Origin: a virus
Taxonomy: Duplodnaviria; Caudoviricetes
Virus record (IMG/VR): IMGVR_UViG_3300009081_000016
Coordinates: 1-55,868 of that record
Reading direction: 5' to 3' (one strand)
Length of the DNA: 55,868 nt
Positions 8,503 through 17,284 of the stretch are shown here, piece after piece. A program made the position numbers and the translations under genes. The notes under the pieces were generated by a model. The model was not told the origin of the DNA and made no database searches. It saw only the letters and a program-made list of their open reading frames with translations. How positions within the stretch are numbered: the stretch's first letter is position 1; each line of letters begins with the position of its first letter.

Positions 8503-9258
8503 TTATTCCTCAACCCGTTCTTTTCGGCGTTTGCCCTTTTCATTTTTCTCCCGCTTCCGGAGTAAATCCAAATCGGTGGCTTCGAGCAATTCGGCGAGTT
8601 CCTCGTAGGTTGGGGGCTTAACCACCTCCATAAGATCTACCCGCTGGCTGAGAAGTTCTTCGATTTCGTCTTCATCCCCCAACGAGGTTTGCTTCGGGGA
8701 AACTCTCGGGAAGTATTCTGATTCCATACCCGTGCCTTCCTTCTCGATAGTTACCCAACGACCTGTCTCAGGGTCTGTAAAGTCCCCAAATTCCGGATCG
8801 AGAAAGCACTTAACCAACTCCGTATGGACGGTTGAACCATAGGGCAGAACAACCACTCCCGTTCCCTCCACCAATGCGTTAGCAAAGTAGCGGGACTTGG
8901 AACGGAGACGCTTAGCAACGTGCTGATCGGAGTCGGAATCGGACTTGTATAGCTCCCGAACCTTTTCGCAAATGGGACAACGGTCCCCTGAAGTTAAACG
9001 GGGGCATGCGATGGTCGATTGTTCGGGACCAACCTTGTAATGGAATCCCGATTCGAAGTAAAAATCCCCGAACGGTTCCATGGAGGGAAGAATCCGAACG
9101 CGAGTCTTGCCTTCCGGAAACTTGAAAAAGGAAGTCTTCCCCCCTCTTTTTTTGCTCCGGTTCAGCGATTCTCGCATACGATCTTCCCGCTTCTTCTTAG
9201 CATCCGCAGTCGAAATGGTTCCAGAACCACCGGATCTATTCCGGGTCTTAATGGGCAT
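8503..9258 (-). CDS. Single-stranded DNA-binding protein (T4 gp32-like)
   Basis: RVRILP, FHY, CP...DRCPICE, RYFAN, GDFTDPETGR. Confidence 0.85.
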   Translation of the reverse strand: MPIKTRNRSGGSGTISTADAKKKREDRMRESLNRSKKRGGKTSFFKFPEGKTRVRILPSMEPFGDFYFESGFHYKVGPEQSTIACPRLTSGDRCPICEKVRELYKSDSDSDQHVAKRLRSKSRYFANALVEGTGVVVLPYGSTVHTELVKCFLDPEFGDFTDPETGRWVTIEKEGTGMESEYFPRVSPKQTSLGDEDEIEELLSQRVDLMEVVKPPTYEELAELLEATDLDLLRKREKNEKGKRRKERVEE

Positions 9259-9270
9259 CCGATCTCCCTT

Positions 9271-11694
9271 CTACAGTTTTTCCTGTGTTCCCCAAGAACT
9301 TCCAACGGCAAACTCGACCGGAGTCTTGACCTTTAGCCACGGTAGTTTGGGGTTTTCCATGATCTTTTTAGCGATTCCTAACGCCCGATTTTCTTCCCCT
9401 GGGTAGAGATCCATGAGAATCATATCGTGTATCAGATCGATAACCAATGATTGGAGTCCCTTTTCCCGGAAAGCCTCGGTTATACGCATAGAAGACAGGT
9501 CTGTGAGCATGCTGGCTGCGTTTTGTATTGGAGAATTAACAGCCTCCCGCTCCATAGATGATCTGTCTCGATCGTCTGAATGGGCGTAATTGGGAAACCA
9601 ACGTCGCGAACCGAAGGGGGACTCAACATAACCGTTCTTGATGATCTGTCGAACCACATGATCTCTAAACTCTCCTACTTCGGGATAAAGTTCGTTATAC
9701 CTTCTTAGAAAATCCCTCCAATACTTTATGGTCTTTCCGTGTTGTTCGTGCAATCCAATTTCGCTTTCCCCATACAGCACACCAAAATTAACTCGCTTGG
9801 CGTCACTGCGGATATTCTCCGCTACTGGTTCATCCGCAGGTATGGAGAAAACCTCCCGAGCAACGGCCTCGTGAATGTCACCCCCTGCCGAAAACACGGA
9901 CAACATATGTCGGCAGTTCGCTAATACCGCGAATATCCGTAACTCGATCTGACTATAGTCTCCCGAAGCAACCTTTCCATCCGGCCAACGCGAAATGAAT
10001 AGGGACTTAATATTGTACTCAGACCCCGAAGTGGACTTACGAGGGATGTTCTGTAGATTTGGTCCAGAGGACGACAGTCTTCCGGTCTCGGTATCGATGT
10101 TGAAATTGCTGTGGGCTAATCCATCTGACTTAACCCACTTTCGAACTGCGGTACCTGTATAGGTGGTAAGCAGCTTAACCAAAGTTGAACGTTCAACCAA
10201 ACCACGAGCAACAGGGTGATCGAATCGGGCGATTATGTCCTTCTCTGTTGAGGGCATCCCTGTTTCGGGGGTTACGTACGTTGTGTCCAATCCGCAATGA
10301 ACGTATAGAATCTCTCTTTTAACATTGGGAGATGCCCAAGCGCTCTTCTCCCCCAACTTCGTAGTTACCATTTTAGCTTTGGGGTGTAATCGTAAGAACG
10401 CCTCAACAGCCTTGGTCTTGCTAAGCTTTAAATCTATCGCCTGAATGGAGGCAAACAACTTGTTGGCCAACGCATCAGATGCCTGAAGATCAATCTTTGC
10501 ACCGTTCGATCTAACTGTCCTAAGATGGCCATTCAGAGGATGAAGAATTGTATGGTAGTAATCGGTCAACCCCTCTTTCTCCAAACGTGGAACGAACACC
10601 CGCTTCTTTAGAGTAAAAGTACAGACAGCGTCTGTTCCGTTGTAGACCGCCAGTTGTCTCCGGGAGGCGGAGGTCATAGATACCGATTTCTTCGGCGACT
10701 TAGACCTAACGCTCTCCTTGAAAACGGTCTTGTATCCAGCGTACTCAGGAAGATGAACAGCCACCATATAGGCCAAATCGTGCTTGGCGGATGCCGGATC
10801 GAGTACGTAGCTAAGAAGTTTTGTGTCCCAGACAAAATTGTTTACGGTAATTCCGACAACAACTTGCAGGTATAGAACATCGAAGTTTCCGTTCTGAGCA
10901 ATTATTTCACAGGGAAGGTCAAATACCTTTCGCCACACAGCAATATCGGATTCGGAATAAAAGCTAACCAACCCTATATCGTCTTCAGCACAGACCCCGA
11001 TGCACAGTATCTTGGCGTCCGTTGCCCATGGATCCTTGCCCGTAGTTTCAAGATCGAACGCAAACTCTTTCTTATCCCGTAGGTACCGTAATATTTCTTC
11101 CGGAGAAACGATATGAACTTCGGGAACCTTCATTTCGGCGGTGGTGCTTTCGTCGAACAGAACACTCATATCCTTTATGAACGTGTCCGTAAGTCGAGGA
11201 TCATAACCAATCGCCGCAGGATGGTACATCGGGAAGAAGGTTCTTCCTCCCTGAACGATCTTCCTTCCTCGCGCTTGTTTAATGGACTTGAGTCCAAGCA
11301 ATGCCTTGAGAGCGGTACCACCCAATGGAACTATTACTTTGGGGTCGGTTTCTTTTATCTCCTCCCCCAACCAACGCATACACGCTTTTATGTTCTTCGA
11401 ATCAGGAGTCGCATTTCCGGGAGGTCTGCAACGTACGGTGTTAGTGAAACGAACTGTTAGCTCCAGATCGTTGGCTCGTTCTACAAGACTCCGAAGACGT
11501 TTTCCGGAAGCACCCACAAAGGGTACGCCTTCGTCATCTTCCGTTGCTCCAGGGGCCTCCCCAACAAAGAGAATATCTGCATCGGCGGGACCATCGGGTC
11601 GAATGCAATTGCTACGACAATCGTGACACAGACTGCATCGATCGCATAGAAAAGACGCGGAATCCGACGGGACCCACCTATTTCCTTTTATCAT
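9271..11694 (-). CDS. polA: Family A DNA polymerase with N-terminal family-4 uracil-DNA glycosylase domain
   Basis: UDG: CDRC, FVGEAPG, FVGASG, NTVRCRPP, YHPAA. Exonuclease: FDLETTG, QNGNFD, YNGTD. Polymerase: DYSQIELR, AKRVNFGVLYG, IHD. Confidence 0.96.
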   Translation of the reverse strand: MIKGNRWVPSDSASFLCDRCSLCHDCRSNCIRPDGPADADILFVGEAPGATEDDEGVPFVGASGKRLRSLVERANDLELTVRFTNTVRCRPPGNATPDSKNIKACMRWLGEEIKETDPKVIVPLGGTALKALLGLKSIKQARGRKIVQGGRTFFPMYHPAAIGYDPRLTDTFIKDMSVLFDESTTAEMKVPEVHIVSPEEILRYLRDKKEFAFDLETTGKDPWATDAKILCIGVCAEDDIGLVSFYSESDIAVWRKVFDLPCEIIAQNGNFDVLYLQVVVGITVNNFVWDTKLLSYVLDPASAKHDLAYMVAVHLPEYAGYKTVFKESVRSKSPKKSVSMTSASRRQLAVYNGTDAVCTFTLKKRVFVPRLEKEGLTDYYHTILHPLNGHLRTVRSNGAKIDLQASDALANKLFASIQAIDLKLSKTKAVEAFLRLHPKAKMVTTKLGEKSAWASPNVKREILYVHCGLDTTYVTPETGMPSTEKDIIARFDHPVARGLVERSTLVKLLTTYTGTAVRKWVKSDGLAHSNFNIDTETGRLSSSGPNLQNIPRKSTSGSEYNIKSLFISRWPDGKVASGDYSQIELRIFAVLANCRHMLSVFSAGGDIHEAVAREVFSIPADEPVAENIRSDAKRVNFGVLYGESEIGLHEQHGKTIKYWRDFLRRYNELYPEVGEFRDHVVRQIIKNGYVESPFGSRRWFPNYAHSDDRDRSSMEREAVNSPIQNAASMLTDLSSMRITEAFREKGLQSLVIDLIHDMILMDLYPGEENRALGIAKKIMENPKLPWLKVKTPVEFAVGSSWGTQEKL

Positions 11695-12037
11695 CTATTC
11701 TAATCTCCCAGATTTCAAATGCAAGACTTCCTTGTGAATCGAGTTTGTTGGTCCAAAAGAACAGATTCAGCTTGGTAAGAGGATCTAATGACCCACAAAG
11801 GGCGTAAGCGTTCAAATCATTAGAGACCATAACGTCTCCGCCGTTGGCAACCAACATGAGTTCTGGTTCGGAATCCCCCGAAACAATCTGAAAGAAGTCA
11901 AATACAAGCGTTCGAATTTCCTTTCCGATAGTGAGTTCGATCCGCTTGCCGTTATTCTTCTGATTCCATTCGAGAAGCGGGAAGAAATGCACTCGAGCCG
12001 GATACCCCGAATTGTTTATTTCGGCGGGCAAGTTCAT
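11678..12037 (-). CDS. Hypothetical protein
   Basis: GGAGG before ATG 12037; overlaps both neighbours. Confidence 0.55.
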   Translation of the reverse strand: MNLPAEINNSGYPARVHFFPLLEWNQKNNGKRIELTIGKEIRTLVFDFFQIVSGDSEPELMLVANGGDVMVSNDLNAYALCGSLDPLTKLNLFFWTNKLDSQGSLAFEIWEIRIDDKRK

Positions 12038-13109
12038 GTGCTTTATCCTCCAATCGAATAAATAAACGTGCGTGCGCATTTGCTCCCAACTGTTCTGAGC
12101 CCAACCCATCCGCCGGGATCAGTTCCTCCTGAGGTCGATAGACGTAGCGCCGCTTGATCCGTCTATCCACCTGGCCCTCCAGCCCTGTGCAGTACTTGGA
12201 GAATTCGCATAGAGAATGTTCTATCGCTCGCACGTCCAAAGTAAGACTAAAGGGGGTTCCGGAAAAGAAACGTTGGAGGAGACACTCCTGGTTACGACAC
12301 AGATAGTAGATAAAATCTTCCGGGGTATCCAGAACTTGGGCAGCCTTATCAGTCAGATGCAAATTAATCATGGCGGAACCCAAAGGAGAGGTGGGCGGAG
12401 CAGGGGAAAATATCCTACGTAGGCCTCTCTTGGCCCCTGGCCCAGCGTTACACCAACTATCCTGTAAATAATCGGGAGTGAAACACCCAAACGGTGTGTA
12501 GGTCAAATCCGTAGCGATCTCGTACCCTATAAAACCACCTATCCCGGGCAGTTTACAGAGCGCCTCCCAGTAGTCTCGTAAATTGGGCTTGTCCAAAAGT
12601 ATATCATACAACCAAGGAAGAGAATTCGAAATTGTGCGAAGGCGTTTTACGGTCTCTCGAATCTTATTTGATCCTGGCCCTCCCGCCCGTATAATATAGG
12701 CTGAACCAAAAACAGGATCCGTATCCGCTATTTCTCGGAGACCCTCTTCGAAGCGTTTCCACCCAGCGGCACCCCAATTTTTGTTTACATAAGGATATCC
12801 CCATGGTAAATTCATGAGGGTCGTAGGACGGTTTATTAGGCGATACGCAATTATATTGAATACCAACTGGGCGTCGTAGGTTGGAGAGTACCTAATGATC
12901 TTTTCAAACAGCCAAACAGTTCCGCGATCGAGGTCTCGGAATACGTTGGTGAATCGATAGTCCCGAAGAATTGGATCATCCGTAAGAACGGTTTTGTGTT
13001 CGAGAAAACGCCGAACCCACATCTGATACCGTTCTTGAATCCAATACCAGAACAATCTCATGGCCACTGGGTTGATGGCCACAACGGTTTTCTTATTGGG
13101 AGTCGGCAT
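11952..13109 (-). CDS. aGPT-Pplase1 family (alpha-glutamyl/putrescinyl-thymine pathway, amino acid:DNA transferase-like)
   Basis: ER...RR...TDDPILRDYRFTNVFRDLDRG, HhH LPGIGGFIGYEIATDL, NAGPGAKRGL, IEHSLCEFSKY. Confidence 0.88.
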   Translation of the reverse strand: MPTPNKKTVVAINPVAMRLFWYWIQERYQMWVRRFLEHKTVLTDDPILRDYRFTNVFRDLDRGTVWLFEKIIRYSPTYDAQLVFNIIAYRLINRPTTLMNLPWGYPYVNKNWGAAGWKRFEEGLREIADTDPVFGSAYIIRAGGPGSNKIRETVKRLRTISNSLPWLYDILLDKPNLRDYWEALCKLPGIGGFIGYEIATDLTYTPFGCFTPDYLQDSWCNAGPGAKRGLRRIFSPAPPTSPLGSAMINLHLTDKAAQVLDTPEDFIYYLCRNQECLLQRFFSGTPFSLTLDVRAIEHSLCEFSKYCTGLEGQVDRRIKRRYVYRPQEELIPADGLGSEQLGANAHARLFIRLEDKAHELARRNKQFGVSGSSAFLPASRMESEE

Positions 13110-13596
13110 CTGATCTATCCCCTAATATGGAAATAACAGAAGTCAGTTCCCGGAGCAGATACGGGAGCAGCGCATGCGGATCGATGGGGGTGGGTTCTGG
13201 AACGATCCGCTCGTGGCGGTATTTTCTTACAGCCAGTTGTATGGCTTCGGCCAGACGATCTTCCACCAAACCGTTATCCGACTCGTTACCGGATCCACGT
13301 GAGGATGCTACGGCCCCGATCAAGGCGTATCCTGCGAGGTCAGTCCAAGGGTCTTCCTGGAGTGCAGATGGTGCGTGGGCAATACGCATGATCTTATCGA
13401 ATATTCTACCTAGTATAAAGGAGTCCCGCATTCGTTCGGGAGGAATTCCTTGGGGCCACAACAGAGAAAAGAATCGACCCACCACAAACGCACTACTTCC
13501 ATAGGAAGCATTTTTGTGGCCCAACAATTTTCCCAGAGAATCCCCCCGACTTAGAAATTCTTCGGATAGGGTCTTGAAGTTTTTAGGCTGGGCCAT
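13093..13596 (-). CDS. Nucleotide-modification-associated domain protein (Nmad1/DUF1599-like)
   Basis: KNASYGSS...RIFDKIMRI...EDPWTDLAGYALI; GGAG before ATG 13596. Confidence 0.7.
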   Translation of the reverse strand: MAQPKNFKTLSEEFLSRGDSLGKLLGHKNASYGSSAFVVGRFFSLLWPQGIPPERMRDSFILGRIFDKIMRIAHAPSALQEDPWTDLAGYALIGAVASSRGSGNESDNGLVEDRLAEAIQLAVRKYRHERIVPEPTPIDPHALLPYLLRELTSVISILGDRSDADSQ

Positions 13597-14320
13597 CGAA
13601 TAGACTCCCATTAAATATCTGAAGACGAATTTCCTGATACAAAGTTGTTTTAATTTCCATGGGTATTCTCCCTTTTTCATCATGAATAAAGGGAGCCAAG
13701 ATAAAACCACAAAGGGTTTCAAAGTTCGATCGGCCATTCCCGTCGGGTTTATCATTCCTGCAAAAAATACAGGGATTTAAACTGTCCTCGGGCAAACGCC
13801 GTGAGGCCAATTCTTCACACAAACTATTTGTGGTGATCTTCAAAACGTCAGCCATTTCCGGATCGGGGTTCCCTTTCTTCAGTTCCTGAGTGGCGTAAAG
13901 GTGCAGTTCGAGACGATCGAAGAACTTGACAACTCGAAACTCCAAACTGCTTAGACCCAAATCAGGGTGCGCCTCATTTACCCTATCCATGGAGGTGACT
14001 TCCGCCGAATACAGTTCTTCCCGAAATTTCTCGGAAGCAAAATTTTTGAAGGGATAGGGAATATCCCCTGAAAAGGCTTCAGGCCAATCGTGCTTAAGAA
14101 TACCACGAGATACTCTTACCTGATCCACACAAAAGCAGGGCCAAAACATTTCGTGCAGGAGCAGCGCAAATAACGTGTGCTCCGCTACGCTACGCTTCTC
14201 GTAGGTAAACATTAGACCGCAGTGGTTGATTCGCGATAACCGTTCATAGCTATTATATTTACGATGGCAAGGAATCGCGGCCTCTGTAAGTTGATACAGT
14301 CTATCATTGCTCTGGAACAT
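13583..14320 (-). CDS. HD-domain 5'-deoxynucleotidase (YfbR-like)
   Basis: SVAEHT, LKHDWPEAFSGDIPYPFK, VKFFDRLE; AAGGAG before ATG 14320. Confidence 0.88.
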   Translation of the reverse strand: MFQSNDRLYQLTEAAIPCHRKYNSYERLSRINHCGLMFTYEKRSVAEHTLFALLLHEMFWPCFCVDQVRVSRGILKHDWPEAFSGDIPYPFKNFASEKFREELYSAEVTSMDRVNEAHPDLGLSSLEFRVVKFFDRLELHLYATQELKKGNPDPEMADVLKITTNSLCEELASRRLPEDSLNPCIFCRNDKPDGNGRSNFETLCGFILAPFIHDEKGRIPMEIKTTLYQEIRLQIFNGSLFDGPA

Positions 14321-15425
14321 CGGATACACTCCTTGTGTTAGTCCAATCAACGTAGTGAGTCTGATTAGTCTTTATAACGGGAGATCGAATTCCGGCTAAT
14401 AGTTCTTGGACAGCCGCATTCTCCCCCCCTCTCCGCAATAGTTGGTGTATCTGAAATACCGAAACCCAGTCGTATAATTGCGCTGGAAATATTGACTCAA
14501 TGTCAACGGGGGTAAGTGGGTTGGGGCAATCGGGAACGCCCCCATCTCCCTGGGCCATCGCGCTGCCTACATTGTGCAAGCGCTCTACGTCCGATAAGCA
14601 AAGGGGTGAGGTAGACCCTCCGAATTCTCGAAGCGCAGCCGGGAACCAAAGTCCGCCAACGGGCATCCCGTTTTTCTCAAGAAGGTTTTTGGCCCGTTTC
14701 CAATGCCGTTCATAAAGATGTAAACAGCTAACGAAATGCGTATACTTGTGTGGGCGAACTTTCATTGTTCGAGTGGGGTCTTCCCGCATTATCATATCGG
14801 ATAGAACCTCCATCAACAATGACCACGTAAACAGATTGACGTTGCTGCCCCAAAGAATATCCATGGAACGCTGAAATATTTTCAGCGAGAGGAGAAAGTT
14901 TGGTTGCCCCCCGTTCCATTCGTCTGGTTCAAGAAGGACATGAAGAGCAAGATTGCAGGGAAGATCTTTAGTATGGCCCCGAGCGGTCAGATCGGCGGGA
15001 TGGGCTATCAATATAAATGCCTGGCGAGACAACGGATTATGGGCCAGCAAGTTGGCAACTTCCAGCAGTTGATCCGTCTTCATAATGTCTCCAATTGGGA
15101 ATGCTCTAATACGAGGACCGTATGCTGCCCTCCAAGCCTTACCGTTATCGCTGAAGTCCTCAGCCCGAGGAAGGTATACCTTCAACGAGGATATATAATT
15201 CTCGCCAAAAAGAACCCAACAGGCCTCGAACATGGTGGCCGCGAGACAGTCCCTACGATCCTGCAGATCCAGAACACGGAAGGAAGGTTCAGACAGCTGA
15301 ATAACCACGTCTTCCAATTCGAGAGACGCCTGATCTCGGCGTTCTATCTTCTTTCCTTCCTTGAATAACTTGGTCAGTCCGGCCAATAGAAAATCGCTGT
15401 TACCAACGGCGGTAATTAAATGCAT
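14304..15425 (-). CDS. Thymidylate synthase-family enzyme, probably dUMP hydroxymethylase
   Basis: AYGPR, DQL, SRQA, KDLPCN (catalytic Cys), QRSMDILWGSNVN (Asn at the dUMP-specificity position), LHLYERH; start reassigned to ATG 15425. Confidence 0.85.
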   Translation of the reverse strand: MHLITAVGNSDFLLAGLTKLFKEGKKIERRDQASLELEDVVIQLSEPSFRVLDLQDRRDCLAATMFEACWVLFGENYISSLKVYLPRAEDFSDNGKAWRAAYGPRIRAFPIGDIMKTDQLLEVANLLAHNPLSRQAFILIAHPADLTARGHTKDLPCNLALHVLLEPDEWNGGQPNFLLSLKIFQRSMDILWGSNVNLFTWSLLMEVLSDMIMREDPTRTMKVRPHKYTHFVSCLHLYERHWKRAKNLLEKNGMPVGGLWFPAALREFGGSTSPLCLSDVERLHNVGSAMAQGDGGVPDCPNPLTPVDIESIFPAQLYDWVSVFQIHQLLRRGGENAAVQELLAGIRSPVIKTNQTHYVDWTNTRSVSDVPEQ

Positions 15426-15458
15426 GGAAGAATCCTTTATCGAAATTTTACGGATACT

Positions 15459-15514
15459 AAAAAGACCCCAGGTGGTCGAATCCGGCATTAAGACTCGACC
15501 AACCTGGGGGGGTC
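15459..15514 (-). terminator. Long hairpin followed by U-tract (intrinsic terminator)
   Basis: Minus strand gacccc(ccc)aggttggtcga...tcgaccacctggggtc followed by ttttt. Confidence 0.7.
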
Positions 15515-15680
15515 ATTCGCGGTGGCTCGCCGCGACCTTAGGAGGACTTGACCCTTTAAATTAGGGGAAGGCAGAACGTCAATCTATCCCAGATAAGTGG
15601 CGCCATTCCCTATCCGGTATTCACTAAAAGCAATTACGCTTTCGGTCAATTATGTTCGGACTTCTACCGAAACCTTCCCC
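15459..15680 (-). ncRNA. Candidate structured sRNA carrying an anti-Shine-Dalgarno segment
   Basis: ggggaagg/ccttcccc closing stem (15673-15680 / 15564-15571), internal hairpins, unpaired aagtcctcctaagg (15549-15536), hairpin, terminator; no credible ORF. Confidence 0.5.
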
Positions 15681-15683
15681 GAG

Positions 15684-15778
15684 AACGGGAGGCGGGATTC
15701 GAACCCGCACGCACCATGATCAGTACAGAGGGGAAACGAAGAAAACCCTCTCGCGTCTACCATTTCCGCCACTCCCGT
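15684..15778 (-). tRNA. tRNA-Leu-like (class II) element with aberrant 15-nt anticodon loop; no encoded CCA
   Basis: ACGGGAG-TG-GCGGAAATGGTAGACGC-G-AGAGG[gttttcttcgtttcc]CCTCT-long variable arm-GCGGG TTCGAAT CCCGC-CTCCCGT-T. Confidence 0.8.
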
Positions 15779-15802
15779 TACCTACGCGATGGCCGGAACG
15801 AA

Positions 15803-16711
15803 TTATTCCGGGTCTTCCCAACCCGCCTTCTCGTTGATGGCGGTGATGATGCGGAGACGATTCACCTGACGGGTCTTGGACTCTTTCCATGTCACGCCCA
15901 TCTTCTTGGCGAACTTCTCGAGAGCCTCGTCGTCGGCGAGCTCGTCCTTCAGCATCTTCTTGAACTTCGCCTGGGTGATTTCCTCGTCATCGTCTCCGGA
16001 CTTTTTCTTCGGGGGTTTCTCCTCCGTACCGCCGTTCTCTTCACCCTTGGTTCGGTTCCGGATGTCCTTCTCGTCTACGTCCTTCAGGGCGACGGCGTCT
16101 TCCTCCTCTTCCCCCGCGATCAGAACGTGGAGTTTCTTCTTGATCTTGACGATCTTGGCTTTCACCCAGTTGTCGTCTTCATCCCGCACCCAGACCTTGT
16201 CGTCTTCCTCGAGATCATCGAGGTCGTCGATCTTCGTGCCCGGAGCGGCGGACTTCTTTTCCTTGGGGGGTTTGTCTTCCCCTTCATCCGCGTTCTTGCC
16301 CTTCTTGGGCTTGGCTTCCACGCCGACCGTAAGGGTCTCGGAGTCTTCATCCCAACCGAGAGCGCACGTACCGTTGTCCGCCAGCTGTTCTGAGATCTCT
16401 CCGATGGCCAACGCAACGGCGGCTACGAGGGCGGAGTCGAGTTCTTTTTTCTTTGTCATGGATTTGGTTTCCTGCGTAATGGTTTGCTTTTGGGGCTGAA
16501 CGAGAAAGATTGGAGAGTTTTTCTTGAGACCGCTCCCAACTTCAACTCCCTCGGATTCAATGTACTTCAAAAGTTGGGGGGAGAAGCCACGGGTGCTTCC
16601 ATAGTTACCCAGTGTGTAGTTGATCACCTGTTTGCGTGCCCGATCATCGGGACACAGTTCATCGAGTTCACTCAGGTTCAACTCGTCCATAAGTTTGCTT
16701 AGGTCATACAC
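15803..16711 (-). CDS. Highly charged K/E/D-rich protein with Tudor/SH3-like and C-terminal HeH-like segments; second in-frame start at 16459
   Basis: LEEDDKVWVRDEDDNWVKAKIVKI; C-terminal ALEKFAKKMGV...RLRIITAI; TTAGGAGG before GTG 16711. Confidence 0.7.
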   Translation of the reverse strand: MYDLSKLMDELNLSELDELCPDDRARKQVINYTLGNYGSTRGFSPQLLKYIESEGVEVGSGLKKNSPIFLVQPQKQTITQETKSMTKKKELDSALVAAVALAIGEISEQLADNGTCALGWDEDSETLTVGVEAKPKKGKNADEGEDKPPKEKKSAAPGTKIDDLDDLEEDDKVWVRDEDDNWVKAKIVKIKKKLHVLIAGEEEEDAVALKDVDEKDIRNRTKGEENGGTEEKPPKKKSGDDDEEITQAKFKKMLKDELADDEALEKFAKKMGVTWKESKTRQVNRLRIITAINEKAGWEDPE

Positions 16712-16720
16712 AAATCCCTC

Positions 16721-17284
16721 CTAAGGTTTAAAGCCTTCTGTCCCTTCATCCAGTGAAACGTTCCTGCCAAACCGTTGTTCATAGTCCTTTCTTAAACGCT
16801 TGAACGCTGCCCGTCTTTCCCGATTACTTTTTCCTACAATAGAAGTAAGAATAGACCAACGGAATCCCCCTATCCGGATCTCCATCAACAACTGCCGTCG
16901 TTCCGGATTTACAACCCCCCGCATAAAACGAGCAGCAACTAAGTTATCGGTGTCGAATGCAACTTCAAAAAGACGGTCAAGCAATTCGTCCTTATCGATG
17001 CCCACCAGTAGGTCGTCTTCAAAATCAGAAACAACCAAATCAATATCATCTTCTATAGACTGAAATCTATTACGCGTACGTAACGATCTTCGGTAATCCC
17101 TACAAGAATTTAGTATGATTTTACCCGCCATACGAAAGAAGTCATTCCCGTATTTCGTATAGGCATGCCATGAAGATATAAGAATGATCTGATAAAGTTC
17201 GGCCCAATCACTTCGAGCGTATGCTCGAGCGGCAGCCCGTAATCGGTGATCGTTCTCTGATAACCAAGTATCCCAACGCTTCAT
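16721..17284 (-). CDS. ECF-like sigma factor (region 2)
   Basis: RLRAAARAY...AELYQIILISSW...AGKIILNSCRDYRRS. Confidence 0.65.
   Translation of the reverse strand: MKRWDTWLSENDHRLRAAARAYARSDWAELYQIILISSWHAYTKYGNDFFRMAGKIILNSCRDYRRSLRTRNRFQSIEDDIDLVVSDFEDDLLVGIDKDELLDRLFEVAFDTDNLVAARFMRGVVNPERRQLLMEIRIGGFRWSILTSIVGKSNRERRAAFKRLRKDYEQRFGRNVSLDEGTEGFKP

Noticed and set aside
13583-14320. DatZ / Z-genome (2-aminoadenine) pathway
   Set aside because: An HD hydrolase is present but no PurZ-like gene; neighbours point to pyrimidine modification.
14304-15425. dCMP hydroxymethylase (T4-like hmC)
   Set aside because: The specificity position after RSxD...G is Asn (SNVN), not Asp.
15536-15560. Plus-strand TTAGGAGG as the RBS of a real gene
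   Set aside because: Followed only by TTG ACC CTT TAA (3 codons).
15552-15683. Theta/HDV-like ribozyme in the tRNA 3' trailer
   Set aside because: A G-rich P1-like stem is present, but I could not fit P3/L3/P1.1 and J4/2 in the required order.
15727-15751. Intron in the anticodon loop, or tRNA-Sec/suppressor identity
   Set aside because: Only 8 extra nt, no bulge-helix-bulge or group I features, no TCA/CTA/TTA anticodon in the loop; genes read normally with the standard code.
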